In this document: positions 22,324-33,717 of the stretch, one piece after another
How the letters are laid out: each line of letters opens with the position of its first letter
Numbering within the stretch: position 1 is the stretch's first letter
NCBI RefSeq assembly: GCF_001194135.2
Contig: NC_068982.1
Coordinates: 113,861,021-113,894,737 of the forward strand
DNA from: Octopus bimaculoides
Lineage: Eukaryota
Direction of reading: 5' to 3'
DNA length: 33,717 bases
Notes under the pieces: model-generated
What the model was told of the DNA's origin: nothing
The model's database searches: none
Seen by the model: only the letters and a program-made list of their open reading frames with translations
Made by a program: the position numbers and the translations under genes

Positions 22324-24076
22324 ACTTGAACTAAATAGTGTACAATTAACCACAATTGGCTTTATTTGTGCGAACACTTCATCGGTTGATTTTCCGGAGA
22401 GCTAATGCTAAAAAGTTCGGTGTTTTGAAAAGTTATGCAAATTAGCGAAATATGCAATTATCAGGTACGAAAGTAAACGAAATCGACTGTACTTTGTTGT
22501 TACCTAGGCCAATAACAGATTTGAATACACGCCATTGTCAAACGATCGTATCCACACTCATTTATAATTTAGAAAGAAGTAATGTTTTTTACTAATGCAA
22601 CGATAACTAAATAATGAACAGTTCATTCTAGACGAATCCCCTCTAACGTTTCACTCTAAACTGAGAGAAGGTGGGGACTGTATATGAATGCATGTATTTG
22701 TGATTACAAAAAAAATATGGTGATCTTTTGATTTATGAAAGATCACCAAAATGAAACGAATTGGAAGTGAACAAAAATAATAATCGTTAATACTCCATAA
22801 TCGATAGAATTAAACTGAAAGATGCCTGATGTAAGAAAACGACATTTGTAAAATCAGATTTGGTGTCAAATGCGATTTATTTATTTATTGCACAAATTTA
22901 TAGATTTAAATGTAATAATTCCATAAGGAAGTAATGTCTTTGTGAAAATGATGACAGGTAAACAAGTCTTGTAAATGAATTAAGAAAGGATTGTCTGAAG
23001 TTCTATGCCTTAATTTTTTAATGAAATTCTCATGACCTTTCGATTGTATTTGTATGTAACTTTGCGTCCTTGGATCTACGAAATGAACATCGGGGAAAAA
23101 ACTGATTCACTTGATTGAAGAGTTTTATTTATTACCGATTATTGCCAATTTTCTTTCGTCTTGATCCATTGCAATTCCTTTCAGTTTGTTTCACTTTGTT
23201 GTTTGACATTAAATGTTCATAAATCGAAAGATCACTGAAACCATTGCGATATTTTATAACGGAGCTTCAAATTAACTCGATACGATTTGTTACCCATTAT
23301 TCTTTCATTTACTGAAATTATATATTAGTGACAGTCGTAGTTTGGATGACAATCACGAGCCAGTTTAATTAATGATGAGCACAAACACAGCAAAAAAATT
23401 AGTACTCATTGGACAACATATATTTTTCCATTGAGAATAAAGGAGAGAGATAAGATAATCTTCGTCACTGACATTATTTCATTTGAACAATTTAAACGGA
23501 GGAAACCGTTTATAATTGATAGCTGTCAACTATAAAATGGTAATGGATCTAATTATAAAGCAACTATCTCTATTTTAGAATCACACCTAATGTGAATATG
23601 TAACATGGGATGCGCTGAACATTTGCTGTATTAATCTTTATTGCTGTGAGATGTAAGAGTACGCCTCGTTGAAACAGATTTACAGTTGAGTGTCCTTCCT
23701 TCCCAGTATAAGGAATATTGTTGACTAAAAGATGTTTCAATTCGAAGGCATTAGGTAGAAGTGAACAACTACCTTCAAGTGGAAAACGAAAACAATTCGT
23801 TGGGAAACTCTGGGAGATTAACAGGAGCTATTGAACATTGAGTTCATTTAAGGGTTAAAAAGAGATAGTAGAAGCAGCAGTAGCGAAAAGTTTTTATCAT
23901 TTCATTGTACGTGCATGTATCATGCACAAGTAGTGGCATCTGTTTTCCGGACATGTATACCTCTGCATAATTTGATTGGCATATATTTTTTTGAAACGTA
24001 GAAACCTTAACAGCTTTTAATTTCTACTCCTATCTCGACTTTTTCAGCTGTTGTTTAGGATATTAAAATCGCATGT

Positions 24077-24084
24077 GTCTACAT

Positions 24085-24125
<41 letters not shown>
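24077..24125. repeat. (TG)n microsatellite
   Basis: Directly visible in the sequence. Confidence 0.95.
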
Positions 24126-24240
24126 ATGCATGTGTGCGCGCGCACACAACATACACATGGATGTAAGGGAAAAAAATGTGTTGGAAAAGTTTCTGATCGA
24201 AATCGATGTTTGAAATCTTGCTATATTATTATAGTATCGA

Positions 24241-24465
24241 ATGAAGGCGCCGAGCTGACAGAATCGTTAGCACGCCGGTCAAAATGCTCTGCGTCATTTC
24301 GTCTGTCTCTACGTTGTGTGTTCAAATTCCGCTGAAGTCGACTTTGCCTTTCATCCCTTTCAGGGTTGATAACATAGGTATCAGTTGAGCATTGGGGTTG
24401 GTGTAACTGACTTACTCCTCCTCCCGAACTTGCTGGTCTTGTGCCAGAATTTGAAACCAATATCA
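24241..24465 (+). mobile_element. tRNA-derived SINE with an 11-bp TSD (same head/core as 20193-20525, different tail)
   Basis: Head ggcgccgagctgacagaatcgttagcacgccgg, B-box gtgttcaaattcc, core gtcgactttgcctttcatccctttcagggttgataa. The TSD tatagtatcga is at 24230-24240 and 24466-24476. Confidence 0.93.
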
Positions 24466-27400
24466 TATAGTATCGATGTGCACTGTGATTATGAAGAGAA
24501 GCTACTATGGTATTACTGGTATTAGTATGCAATCTTGGCAAAGTTGTTAAAGGCTTTGAATTATTTTCAACTTCGGTAGTGTTTGAAAGTGAGAAGTGTT
24601 AGAGAAACTCCAGTTTAATATCATCAAAAGACTGCGCAAGAGGTACAGAATAAATGTGACCTTTATATAACTTCGAGAATCATCTTTTTATTATCTGGCC
24701 TTTCTTGAGAAATAATTCGAAACTTATCTTGTTTTTAGTTGATGTACTCATACACATGAATAATAATAGACTTAGTGAGTAATCGAGAAAGAAATTGTAC
24801 TCTGTAATTATAAATGTAGATGTATAAGAAAACAAAATAATAATAATAAATGAATGTGGAATCTAACAATACAAATGCCACGTTTTTGTCTTGACTTCTT
24901 TTTTGATTCTGGCAACAAATCAGATGTTTTCTGATTAAATCATAAACTACATTTGAATAGGAAATTACCGCAAAAACTTACATGAATCCTTTCAGTGCTC
25001 AATTAGCGAATTGTTTTATTAGTTTCCTACCTTCCATTCATAAATGGTCGAACACAAATTTTGTGCTGTAGTCTACAGTCCACAAGAATTCTTGGGTACC
25101 AGATATATCGATATGGTCACATAGAATGCGTTTCTTCTGGAAGAGTGTTTTTCAAAACAGACCTCCGATATCTATTAAGTAAGCCAACTATAACTGTTAA
25201 ACTTTAAGAGTTTTTTTTTTGTTTATTTTCTTTTTTTGCTTTTTTTCTATTGATAGCGAGTAATATATTATTCAATCACATCAACTACAGTTATACATTA
25301 TAAAAACTTCGTTGTTATTATTTTGTCCTAAGTCAGCCTCGTTCCTTTAGACATTTAATCTTAGGTGTTTCCGGCTATGATCATCTCACACTGTACTTAG
25401 AACTATATTATTCAATGCCTCTTTCATTTTTTTTTCCAGTTAATAGGGCGTAATTATTGAAGATTTGATTCTTATTTCTAGCAGATCGAGTGTTGGCTCA
25501 TTTAAAGTATGTGTGTGTGAGGGGGCATGCCATAGAAAACGAAATGAATACGATGACAGTTTATCGTTTTTTTCTTTTTATATTACTATTACCTAAATAA
25601 CAATAGCAATCGTAGTTGGAAAGTGACGTGGGACAAGTAGCCTACTTTTGTTGTTTGTTTCTTCTCCCTTTTTATATTGTTATTTTGTTTTTATCTTTGA
25701 AAACTATTAAGGAGGGAAAAATCAAAATTCTCTAAGAGCTATTATCAGCGAGGGTTTAGCCACCTTCGAAAGTTTTTATTATGTTTGTTTTTTAATCTCA
25801 TACTAGACAAATATGTTCAATTTATATTGTTTGACTGTTTGACATCTATTTTATTTTCGTGTTTTCTTTTCTTTTATTGATTGAATTTAACCATTGACAT
25901 CTGTGTCACATTAAGTACAAGTTTCCTTGGTATATTTCAATTATTATGTCGGTAAAAACAAAAGAGAAGGTAGTGTCTTTGAATGTTGATGTTTAAATAT
26001 ATTTTTTTTATTTCCTGTTTACAATGTGTCTAACTTCACTTAATAAAAAAGAGAGATCTGCCTAAATTTTATAATTAAAATAGTTATAAAATACATGGAA
26101 ATTTTTTACAGCGTACGAGTCGTAACAGAATTTTTCTCTTTAATTTATCACCTCTCTACTGTTAGCTTCATCGTTTTATCACCATTACACTGACACATTT
26201 ATCACACGACGTTTTTATTTTTTATCCATCACTATTAAGCTGTTAGCCCGAATTTAACAACTATTTACTTTTTCATTGAATTTAGCGCAACCCCGGTTTT
26301 TCCCACATATATATATATATATATGTCTTGAATGTATTACTCTTCTACTTTTACTTTCATTTACCACTACTATTATAACAGCAATAAGCAAAGATTTATC
26401 ATCACTGTTATGTAACCATGTATTTTGTACAGCTCTTATAACGTTACCAGGTGACTGTCAATACTATATTGTAAACATGCATTTCCAAGTCTTTATTTTC
26501 GGAGTAAGTCATTACATGTAAACTATACATTGGTTGATCTTTGTTGTAACTCTCATGATTCAGAGAATTTGAACTTTGATTATATATGAACCTGATTAAT
26601 TGATTATGCTACTACACGATATAGTGTAATCTGTTATTTAGTACTACTGCTATATAATCTATATTAATAACCATTGCATTGTTGGAAGGCCACTAAAAGT
26701 TTTATCTGCACGCAGTGTGCTCAACGAGGCGAATCAGCCTAGCCGAGTACAATCTACGAACTTGTACCTTTGAAACAAGTTGAACACACTACTGCGCGTT
26801 AGTGAAACATTATTTAATGTCACAATGCTCGTGAAAATTACATTTGTGAACTGGTACTTTGTTGCTGTATCTAGTTACAGTTTAAATGAATTGGATCATT
26901 CAGTTTCAGTGACTTAGTCACATGCTACATAAACTCAACGTTTTTAACTGCTGACTTTTCAATTTGTTTTTTAACTTCTTGTACATTCAACCCATGTGGC
27001 TTTCAGACATTATACTGAGGTGTAAGCAAACAGCAGTCTCTAACGTCGTATAACTACATAAGTTTGTTAATTTGTGGTTTATCTACATATCAGTAATATC
27101 AAACTGAAATATTTAACTGTGCGAACTATTTCCTTTCATATGCTAACCACAACAATAACTCGCATATTCTTGTCAGATCATTCTCATTAGCATTATCTTC
27201 AACTACCACAAATCCCCATCATGATCGTGATTATGATCATCACATCATCATCACCATCATTACAAATATTTCTGCTATAGCTCCTCGTACTTAGATTTCC
27301 TTTTCGTTTGGTAATGTATGTTACAAAAAAAAAATGCTGCCTGTATTTGATTTTAAAACTTTGGATTATTTTTGTCACCACTCTGCCGCTCTCTGTCGTT

Positions 27401-27866
27401 ATAAATCCTATCTCTGCATCAGAATGTATAGTACGCTATTTCACTAATGTCTACAATAGATATTATCGTACTATAACTCAAATGAACGCCTTTAACAACA
27501 CCAGGTTATTCTAAACATCATAACGTACGTTATCTTTCTGTCTAGATCGTATACTGCCAACATCATAAAAGGATTTTGATTTCATTAAACACAATGAAAA
27601 TATTTGAGCATTGATCTATTGTTGATTCTACAATATTATTTCCTCCCCTTTCTCTCCCTCCGACTCTCTTCTTTAATAAGAGAATATATGCCATTTTTGT
27701 GTCAAGTGCGGCTATTTGGTACTTATAGCACATCATCTAGTATCGGATAAAGTTTTGATGCATTAAGAATTTATGTTGCATGGTATTTCATATACATATA
27801 TTTGTCTATATGGTCAACTACATAACACTGCGCAACTCAGTTTTTTCTCTTAGGTCATTGTTGTTC

Positions 27867-27867
<1 letters not shown>

Positions 27868-27909
<42 letters not shown>

Positions 27910-27945
27910 ATATATATATGTGTGTGTGTGTGTGTATGTGTGTGT
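27868..27945. repeat. (ATCT)n(TA)n(TG)n compound microsatellite
   Basis: Directly visible; it abuts the 5' end of the Penelope-like element. Confidence 0.95.
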
Positions 27946-27971
27946 GATTTTATATATGAAAACAAAACAAA

Positions 27972-28888
27972 ATGAAAAACCCAACCTCTGAAACACAAGA
28001 TAAGAACTACTATAAGAAGATATTTAAGAGTAGAAAAAATCCACCTCCTAACCCACTACTAGAAAATTTCGAAAAAGGGCTATTTTATCTCATAGCCAAT
28101 GTGAAATACAAGGAACATCCACTTCGGAAAAATTTACATCTAAGAAAGCTTAAGGAATTCATCAAGTCAATACAGAATAAACCGGGTATTCTAGTCCCTG
28201 CTGACAAAACTGGAAATTTGTACAGACTGGATTATACTACTTACAAAAAACTGATCATGAAGGAACTTAACTCCAAATACAAAATAACCTCTAAAAGAAA
28301 TCTATCGGAGATTAACTTAAAAATTAAGAAAATTATGCAGGACTATGACTTAATTGATAGAACTGAACCACTGGTTCCAGCTGAGCCTAGGATTAACTTG
28401 AAAGTCCACAAGAAAAACTTCCAGGATAACCCGACTGTGAGACTAATTTGCCCATCTAGGTCTGACATTGGCAGACTTAGTAAACTTATACTAGACAATA
28501 TTTTACCTCTTATAATTCCTAATTTATCCTTAAAGTTATGGAATAATACCAAAGAAGCACTAAACTGGTTTAAATCTATTGACAACACTGGTAACTTTTC
28601 TTTTATTCAGTTTGATATAAACAACTATTATTCTAGCATATCCCCTATTCTACTAAATAAGGCTCTCATTTTTGCTATGAATCGCTCCCTCATTACTAAG
28701 GATAAGATAGACATTATTTTGTTAGCTAGAACTATTATTGAATTTGATTGCAAGCTCTGGACTAGAGCCGATACCCCAGATAATTTTGATGTACCAATGG
28801 GGTCGAGCGATTTGGCTGAGGTTACGAATCTAGTAGGGGCTTACCTCTTATATTGCTTAAACAAAGAAATCCCGGAGCTAAAAGGCGG
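27972..28888 (+). CDS. Penelope-like element (PLE) reverse transcriptase, Naiad-type; partial, 3' end lost in an assembly gap
   Basis: 305 uninterrupted codons containing FKSRKNPP..LENFEKGL..LI.N, LVPADKTGNLY, LKVHKKNFQDNPTVRLICPSRSDIGRLSKLILD, WNNTKEALNWF, FIQFDINNYYSSI and FDVPMGSSDLAEVTNLVGAYLL. These are collinear with the PLE RT motifs ADKT.N.Y, LKDHK.NF...P.CRLINP.KS.IG.ISK, FDI..FYPSI and FDV.MGS.DGAEVCELVG. The sequence ends ELKGG immediately before the expected LYRDDG. Confidence 0.92.
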
Positions 28889-28988
28889 NNNNNNNNNNNN
28901 NNNNNNNNNNNNNNNNNNNNNNNNNNNNNNNNNNNNNNNNNNNNNNNNNNNNNNNNNNNNNNNNNNNNNNNNNNNNNNNNNNNNNNNN
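28889..28988. other. Assembly gap (100 N; probably an unknown-size placeholder)
   Basis: Exactly 100 N, and the sequence after it is not PLE-like. Confidence 0.97.
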
Positions 28989-29479
28989 ATCAAAGGCATG
29001 CATTACATGCCGTAATCATTTTAACTAGTTGGCTACTAAAGACTAAGTCATTGATTCCTGAGTCTGTTTGCTCGCTTATGTACGCTGTCTTAATAAATTA
29101 TCGATTATTAAAATTATATTGTCATTCTTCACATACAAGGTGTTTGTTTTATACCAGCATATGTTTAATATATTCGGTAATGTACCTCAAGCTATTGCTC
29201 GTTCCGTTGTCCTTTTTCAAAAGACGTGTAAGTTCTTTTGTATACCATAAAAATTCAGCAGCCACGTGGATACAGGAGCTTCGTTACATTGTAATATCTT
29301 CAGGCACACTTTTTAGAAGTCAGTGTTGAACTTCCAATAGAATGGAATGTACAGTTTGAAGAGATTAAGTACATAGGTGACTTCTCTCACATTGAGGCAT
29401 ACCTCTCGGTATGAATAATAATGACGCTATTGTAGCATTTTAACTATTGGCTCTTTCCCCAAATACATGCGTTCATTGC

Positions 29480-29653
29480 GTATAAATGTATGTGTGTATG
29501 CATGTATGTATGTACGCACGTGTATGTGTGTATGTGTATGAATATATCTGTGCACACACATACGTATATGAATACATATAAACATATATGGGTGTATGTA
29601 TGTAAATATTTATATATATATGTATATATATAATAAATAGTAAATAATATATA

Positions 29654-29689
<36 letters not shown>

Positions 29690-29723
29690 AATAGTAAATA
29701 ATATATAGTATATGCGTATATAA

Positions 29724-29765
<42 letters not shown>

Positions 29766-29822
29766 AATAGTAAATAATATATAGTATATGCGTATATAAC
29801 CATATATATATATATGCATATA
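29480..29822. repeat. Compound TA-rich microsatellite/minisatellite
   Basis: The unit (ta)n-ataaatagtaaataatatatagtatatgcgtatataacca recurs at ~29686 and ~29761, with a partial copy at ~29631. Confidence 0.9.
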
Positions 29823-30400
29823 TGGGTACAGGACATCACCAACAGTGCAAATAACATGAAATACGTAAACGAACAAGTTAAATACGTAAACAACGAGAAA
29901 AAATGGAAATCAGGACAAGTAAACACAGAGAAAGGACCCTTCATCAGTTGTTGGCTGTCTATCTACTCTTAATTTTGAGCATTCAACGGCAATATGACTC
30001 TTCAAAGACAGTTGTTCCTATAGATTCTGAAATAAAATTCAGGATTTATGGTGTATCAAAGTTGGGAACAAAAACATGACAGTGGAAACATGAAAGAAAA
30101 CCGAACGAAAACAAAAATGTAGGGTCGTTAGACCAGAACGAGAGGAAAATAGTGAATGCTGTGAGAAACATTTTTTTGAGAAGAGAAAAGGTAAAAGAGA
30201 GAGAGAGAGAGAGAAAACACGTCCGTTCTTTTGAACGTCCGTGCAGTATAAGAAAGATGGTCACGTGAGGAAAAGAAGGATGGGCGATGGTCACGTGTGA
30301 TCAACGTGAGAGAGAAAAGGAAAAAGGGGAGAGAGAGTTAGAAAATGGTGAAGGAGGGAGGGGAGAAAAGAGAATTAGAGAAGAATGGGAGAATAAAACA
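29823..30400. mobile_element. Unclassified interspersed repeat (recognised from memory as an abundant octopus repeat)
   Basis: Purine-rich plus strand with the internal repeat gatggtcacgtg (30256-30267 and 30286-30297). The minus strand carries CTGATGAAGGG (29947-29937). The family is not verified. Confidence 0.4.
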
Positions 30401-31156
30401 ATAGAGAGTCGCATCAAAAAGGTGAATATAAACTTACTTGGAAATGGATATATATCATTCAATTATAGCAGTAGTTGAATAATATTCTTAATGCCGCAAT
30501 TTACTCACATGCAGCATCTTTCAGAGTTTGTCGCTAATTCAGTTCTCAACCAAATTGAAAACTCTTAACATTTTTGATGAGGATAAGTCCCGAGCTACAT
30601 ATTAGCATTAAAAGAATTGAGATTTGGCCCAGTAGAAAAAAGTTTACATCAAAATTTGTAGTAACGTTATAGAATAGTAAATAACGCTCCCAACCATGTT
30701 TAGATCTAAATAACTTTTTTACTTTAAAAACAAAATATGTTTATCTTAGCGTTCAATGATAGAAGAAAGCATGAGGAATTTCATAGTTTTTGTCCCATGC
30801 AAGAAAAATTTGTATCAAAAAAGTTGAGGTAAAATATAAGGCAAAAAATTGGATTTAAGTATAATTAACTTTTTTATTTTAGAAACAAACTATATTTTAA
30901 TTAAGCTTAAATGATAGAGCTCAATTCAAGGAATTTCATGCAATGAAGCTTTGAAAGAAAAAAAGTTATTAGTGTTTGTTTCTCAAATTTGAGGGTGATA
31001 GTATAGTTCTATACTTTTTTTAAATATAGTTCTATAAGGGGACTTTTAATATACGTCACCGGCATCATTGAGGTAAGGAAAAAATTATCAACGACACCGC
31101 TATTTGACACATTATTAATTAGCATAAATAGCATAGCCTGGAAAAAACATGGAATA

Positions 31157-31969
31157 TATGCAAAAATGCGAGCAAGAGAAATAATATTCTTAAGATTATA
31201 AATCTGGAAACGTTCATAACTTATTACATCTGGTAAAGTACAGAACAAGAAAACTGTTACTTAAAATATTTCAGCTAAGGATAAAATTTGAATATTAAAC
31301 ATTATTTGATCTTAATTTACAAAGTAATATAATAATTAAAAAAGGTACCATCATTTTGTTAAAATATTGACACACTAGAATATTTAAAAGATGAGAGCAA
31401 GAAGTACCAATATAGTTAAAATTTTATGCAAAATAGAATAGTATATATGGTAGGCAAATTTATTATGTAAAAGATGGGCAATGGGTCAAGACTAAAAATG
31501 TGAAGACTTGGCAATAGTTTTGGCAATAACTCAAGCAAATTTTACTGTGAATCTGTTGTTACTGGTAGATTTTACTGTAATAAATAACTAATTTTTGTAT
31601 TATTCTATTTATCGTACTAATTATACACCACTATTATTTTTTATGGGCTATTTTCAAATTTCGAATTATCAATTAATAATTAAAACAATGAATTCTTTTA
31701 AAGTACAAAAAATATTTTGAGTTTTTTTTTTTTTTTTTTCTTAATAGAAGTAACAAGTAATAACAAATAGAATAGCATGTAATAAAATTTTTAGTTTTAA
31801 TGAAAGCTAATATTTTCTAAATCTAAATATTTTATTTCAAATTTTATCCTGAGCTGAAATATTTTGAGTTTTTCTTGTTCTGTGCTTTACCAGATGTAAT
31901 AACTTGTCCTGAACTTTTCCAAGTTTATAATCTCAAGAATATTATTTCTCTTGCTCGCATTTTTCCATA
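31157..31969. mobile_element. MITE/fold-back element with ~137-bp terminal inverted repeats
   Basis: The reverse complement of 31155-31292 aligns to 31836-31971 (ttcaaattttatcct.agctgaaatatttt...cttgttctgt.ctttaccagatgtaataa...tataatct.aagaatattatttctcttgctcgcattttt.catatat) with scattered substitutions and two short indels. Possible TA TSDs lie at 31155-31156 and 31970-31971. The ~545-bp spacer is non-coding. Confidence 0.85.
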
Positions 31970-32564
31970 TATATATATACATGTATGGGTATATGTATGT
32001 GTATCTGTCTATCGATGTATAAATAGATAGATATTAAATTTAATTAGAGGATATGTTAACTTCGTGAAGCGATGGTTTCACCCAAGGAAATGCAGGTTCA
32101 ATACCTAGTATCTTGGGGGGAACGAAATTCCCTTAAAACACTAGGTATATATAAAGCATATAGTTTATATCTATTTAAAAGAAGAAAAGAGAAGAAAATG
32201 GAGATAAGGAAGTATATAATTGTTTATTATTAACAAATTGGTCATCTTCACATCTTACAGCTATTTCAATTAATGCTCAATAATTTAATTACAAATTTTT
32301 ACATTAAATTTACATTACAGACTGCTGCAATGAATTGATAAGCCCACATAACAACACCCAAAGATAGATATTTTTTCCTGTGATGAAATTATACTCATGT
32401 CACATAACTGTAAATTTAATGTACAAATTTGTAATTAAATTATTGAAAACTAATTGAAACAGCTGTAAGAAGTGAAGACGACCAATTTGTTAATAATAGA
32501 CAATTAACTTTCTTATCTCCATTTTCTCTTTTCTTCTTTATAGAGAGAGAGGGAGAGCGAGGTA

Positions 32565-32819
32565 CACCCCCTCGGGCAAAGTTGTTTATAGAAGACCAGC
32601 TGTTATCCATGCATAGCAGTCTTCCTTTTCCATATTACCAATGTTATAGAAGGGCCGATAGAGCTTGGCGCCAGTGAGGTTGCTACTCATTTCTACACGT
32701 GAGTGAACTGGAACAATGTGAAAAAAGTGTCTCGCTCAAGAACCCGGTCCGGGAATCGAACTCATAACCTCACGACCATAACCCCGACGCTCTAACCGCT
32801 GAGCCATGTGCCTTCACAC
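32565..32819 (-). mobile_element. tRNA-derived SINE
   Basis: Head (minus strand) gtgtgaaggcacatggctcagcggttagagcgtcggggttatggtcgtgaggttatgagttcgattcccggaccggg (A-box 32794-32806, B-box 32751-32763). The head is homologous to that of the 21929-22323 copy, but the body and tail differ. Confidence 0.85.
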
Positions 32820-33400
32820 ACACACGTATCTGTGTGTGTGTAAAACATCCCCGTTAGTTTTAAAGCTTACCACGATTGTAAATTATTCTTCTGATAACTA
32901 TGTGTGCTGCCTCGAAAGGGAGAAAACCTGGTCATGTTTCAAAGCTTTTTGGCTTCTTAACTAGCTGTGTACCATCTTTACTTACCGACAAATATCCTGC
33001 TTGGAAACCTATTGCCTGGAATTGGAAAATAGACAGAATTTGCATTCGTCAGACTCTATTATCGATGACCAAAACACGTTGCAGAACTACTTAGAAAGTT
33101 ATATCCAATAAAATAATATAAGCATTTAAAAAACCTACTATAAAATACAATAAAATTATTTGAAAAAATATTTGAAAATATCTATATAACTTGCCTGTTA
33201 TTAATCTGTGGGGAAAAAAGAACGTGTTTCTGCGCTGGTGGGGAGTTTATAGAGGCTATACCTAATACATAACTCCACCAGGCTATTTATCTTATTGTTA
33301 ATAAAATAGAAAAATAAGATGTCTTGCAAGCAACTCGCACGTGCAAGTGCTACCAGTTGAGAACTCCGCATACCGGAAGCCAACAAGTGTATGGGGTCAT

Positions 33401-33717
33401 CAGGAGAGAATGCTAGATCAACTGGTTATTAAAAACAAAGCTCAATTTATGTCAACCATACAAGACATATGCACCAAATACGTGCCATATAGAAAGACCA
33501 GCAAACATGCCAATAGAATTCCTAGAGACAGGAAAATCCTTATGAGACACAGAACAAAGGTCTCAAACCAGTTAAATAGAGAACTGGAGGATAGGAAAAG
33601 GGCTAAATTAAAACTAACACTGTTAGAAATAGAAAACAAAATTAAACTCTCCCATGAAAAGGAGAGAGCAGAGAAAGAGAAGAGAGCAGTAGAAAGCATA
33701 AAAACAAACCCCAAGGC
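33401..33717 (+). CDS. LINE ORF2 fragment (endonuclease-RT linker, CR1/L2-group-like), open to the window end
   Basis: Stop-free frame not listed in the ORF track: QERMLDQLVIKNKAQFMSTIQDICTKYVPYRKTSKHANRIPRDRKILMRHRTKVSNQLNRELEDRKRAKLKLTLLEIENKIKLSHEKERAEKEKRAVESIKTNPK. The IC.KYVP and IK.NPK(.F) motifs are typical of the LINE ORF2 linker upstream of RT. Confidence 0.75.

Noticed and set aside
22435-22459. Octamer ATGCAAAT plus a near-octamer 17 bp later (also single sites at 3194 and 4181)
   Set aside because: A few such 8-mers are expected by chance in 34 kb of AT-rich DNA.
29262-29310. Hammerhead-like motif on the minus strand (CTGAAGA-t-attac-aat-gtaac-GAAG-c)
   Set aside because: The core has GAAG instead of GAAA and I could not form stem I. 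Worth rechecking only against a family consensus.
28889-29329. C-terminal part of the 347-aa ORF and ORF 28853-29329
   Set aside because: They read through a 100-N gap, and the post-gap sequence has no RT or GIY-YIG motifs.
1-33717. CRISPR arrays, rRNA genes or prokaryotic operons
   Set aside because: There are no regularly spaced repeat-spacer arrays or such genes; the sequence is eukaryotic and repeat-rich.

Overview
AT-rich eukaryotic genomic DNA, not prokaryotic. It is dense in (TA)n/(CA)n/(GATA)n/(ATT)n microsatellites and has six N-gaps. The SINE families and base composition resemble an octopod cephalopod (Octopus) draft assembly; this is recognition from memory, not a database result. 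No host protein-coding gene can be supported. Almost all listed ORFs are translations of microsatellites or gaps, or antisense shadows. The supportable content is transposable-element derived: a full-length but frameshifted mariner (11462-12716, TIRs plus TA TSD); an uninterrupted Penelope-like (Naiad-type) reverse-transcriptase ORF cut by a gap just before its catalytic motif (27972-28888); about nine tRNA-derived SINE copies, three with clear target-site duplications; LINE fossils (RTE-like and CR1/L2-group); a LINE ORF2 fragment running off the right end; and a MITE-like fold-back element (about 31157-31969). The most interesting signals are hammerhead-ribozyme motifs. One sits inside a tRNA-headed SINE (16763-17013, minus strand). 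A weaker one lies between diverged 340-bp-period repeats that also form a ~60-bp hairpin (13378-13945). Together with the Penelope RT, these suggest a family of ribozyme-bearing non-autonomous retroelements mobilised by Penelope-like elements. This link is a hypothesis.
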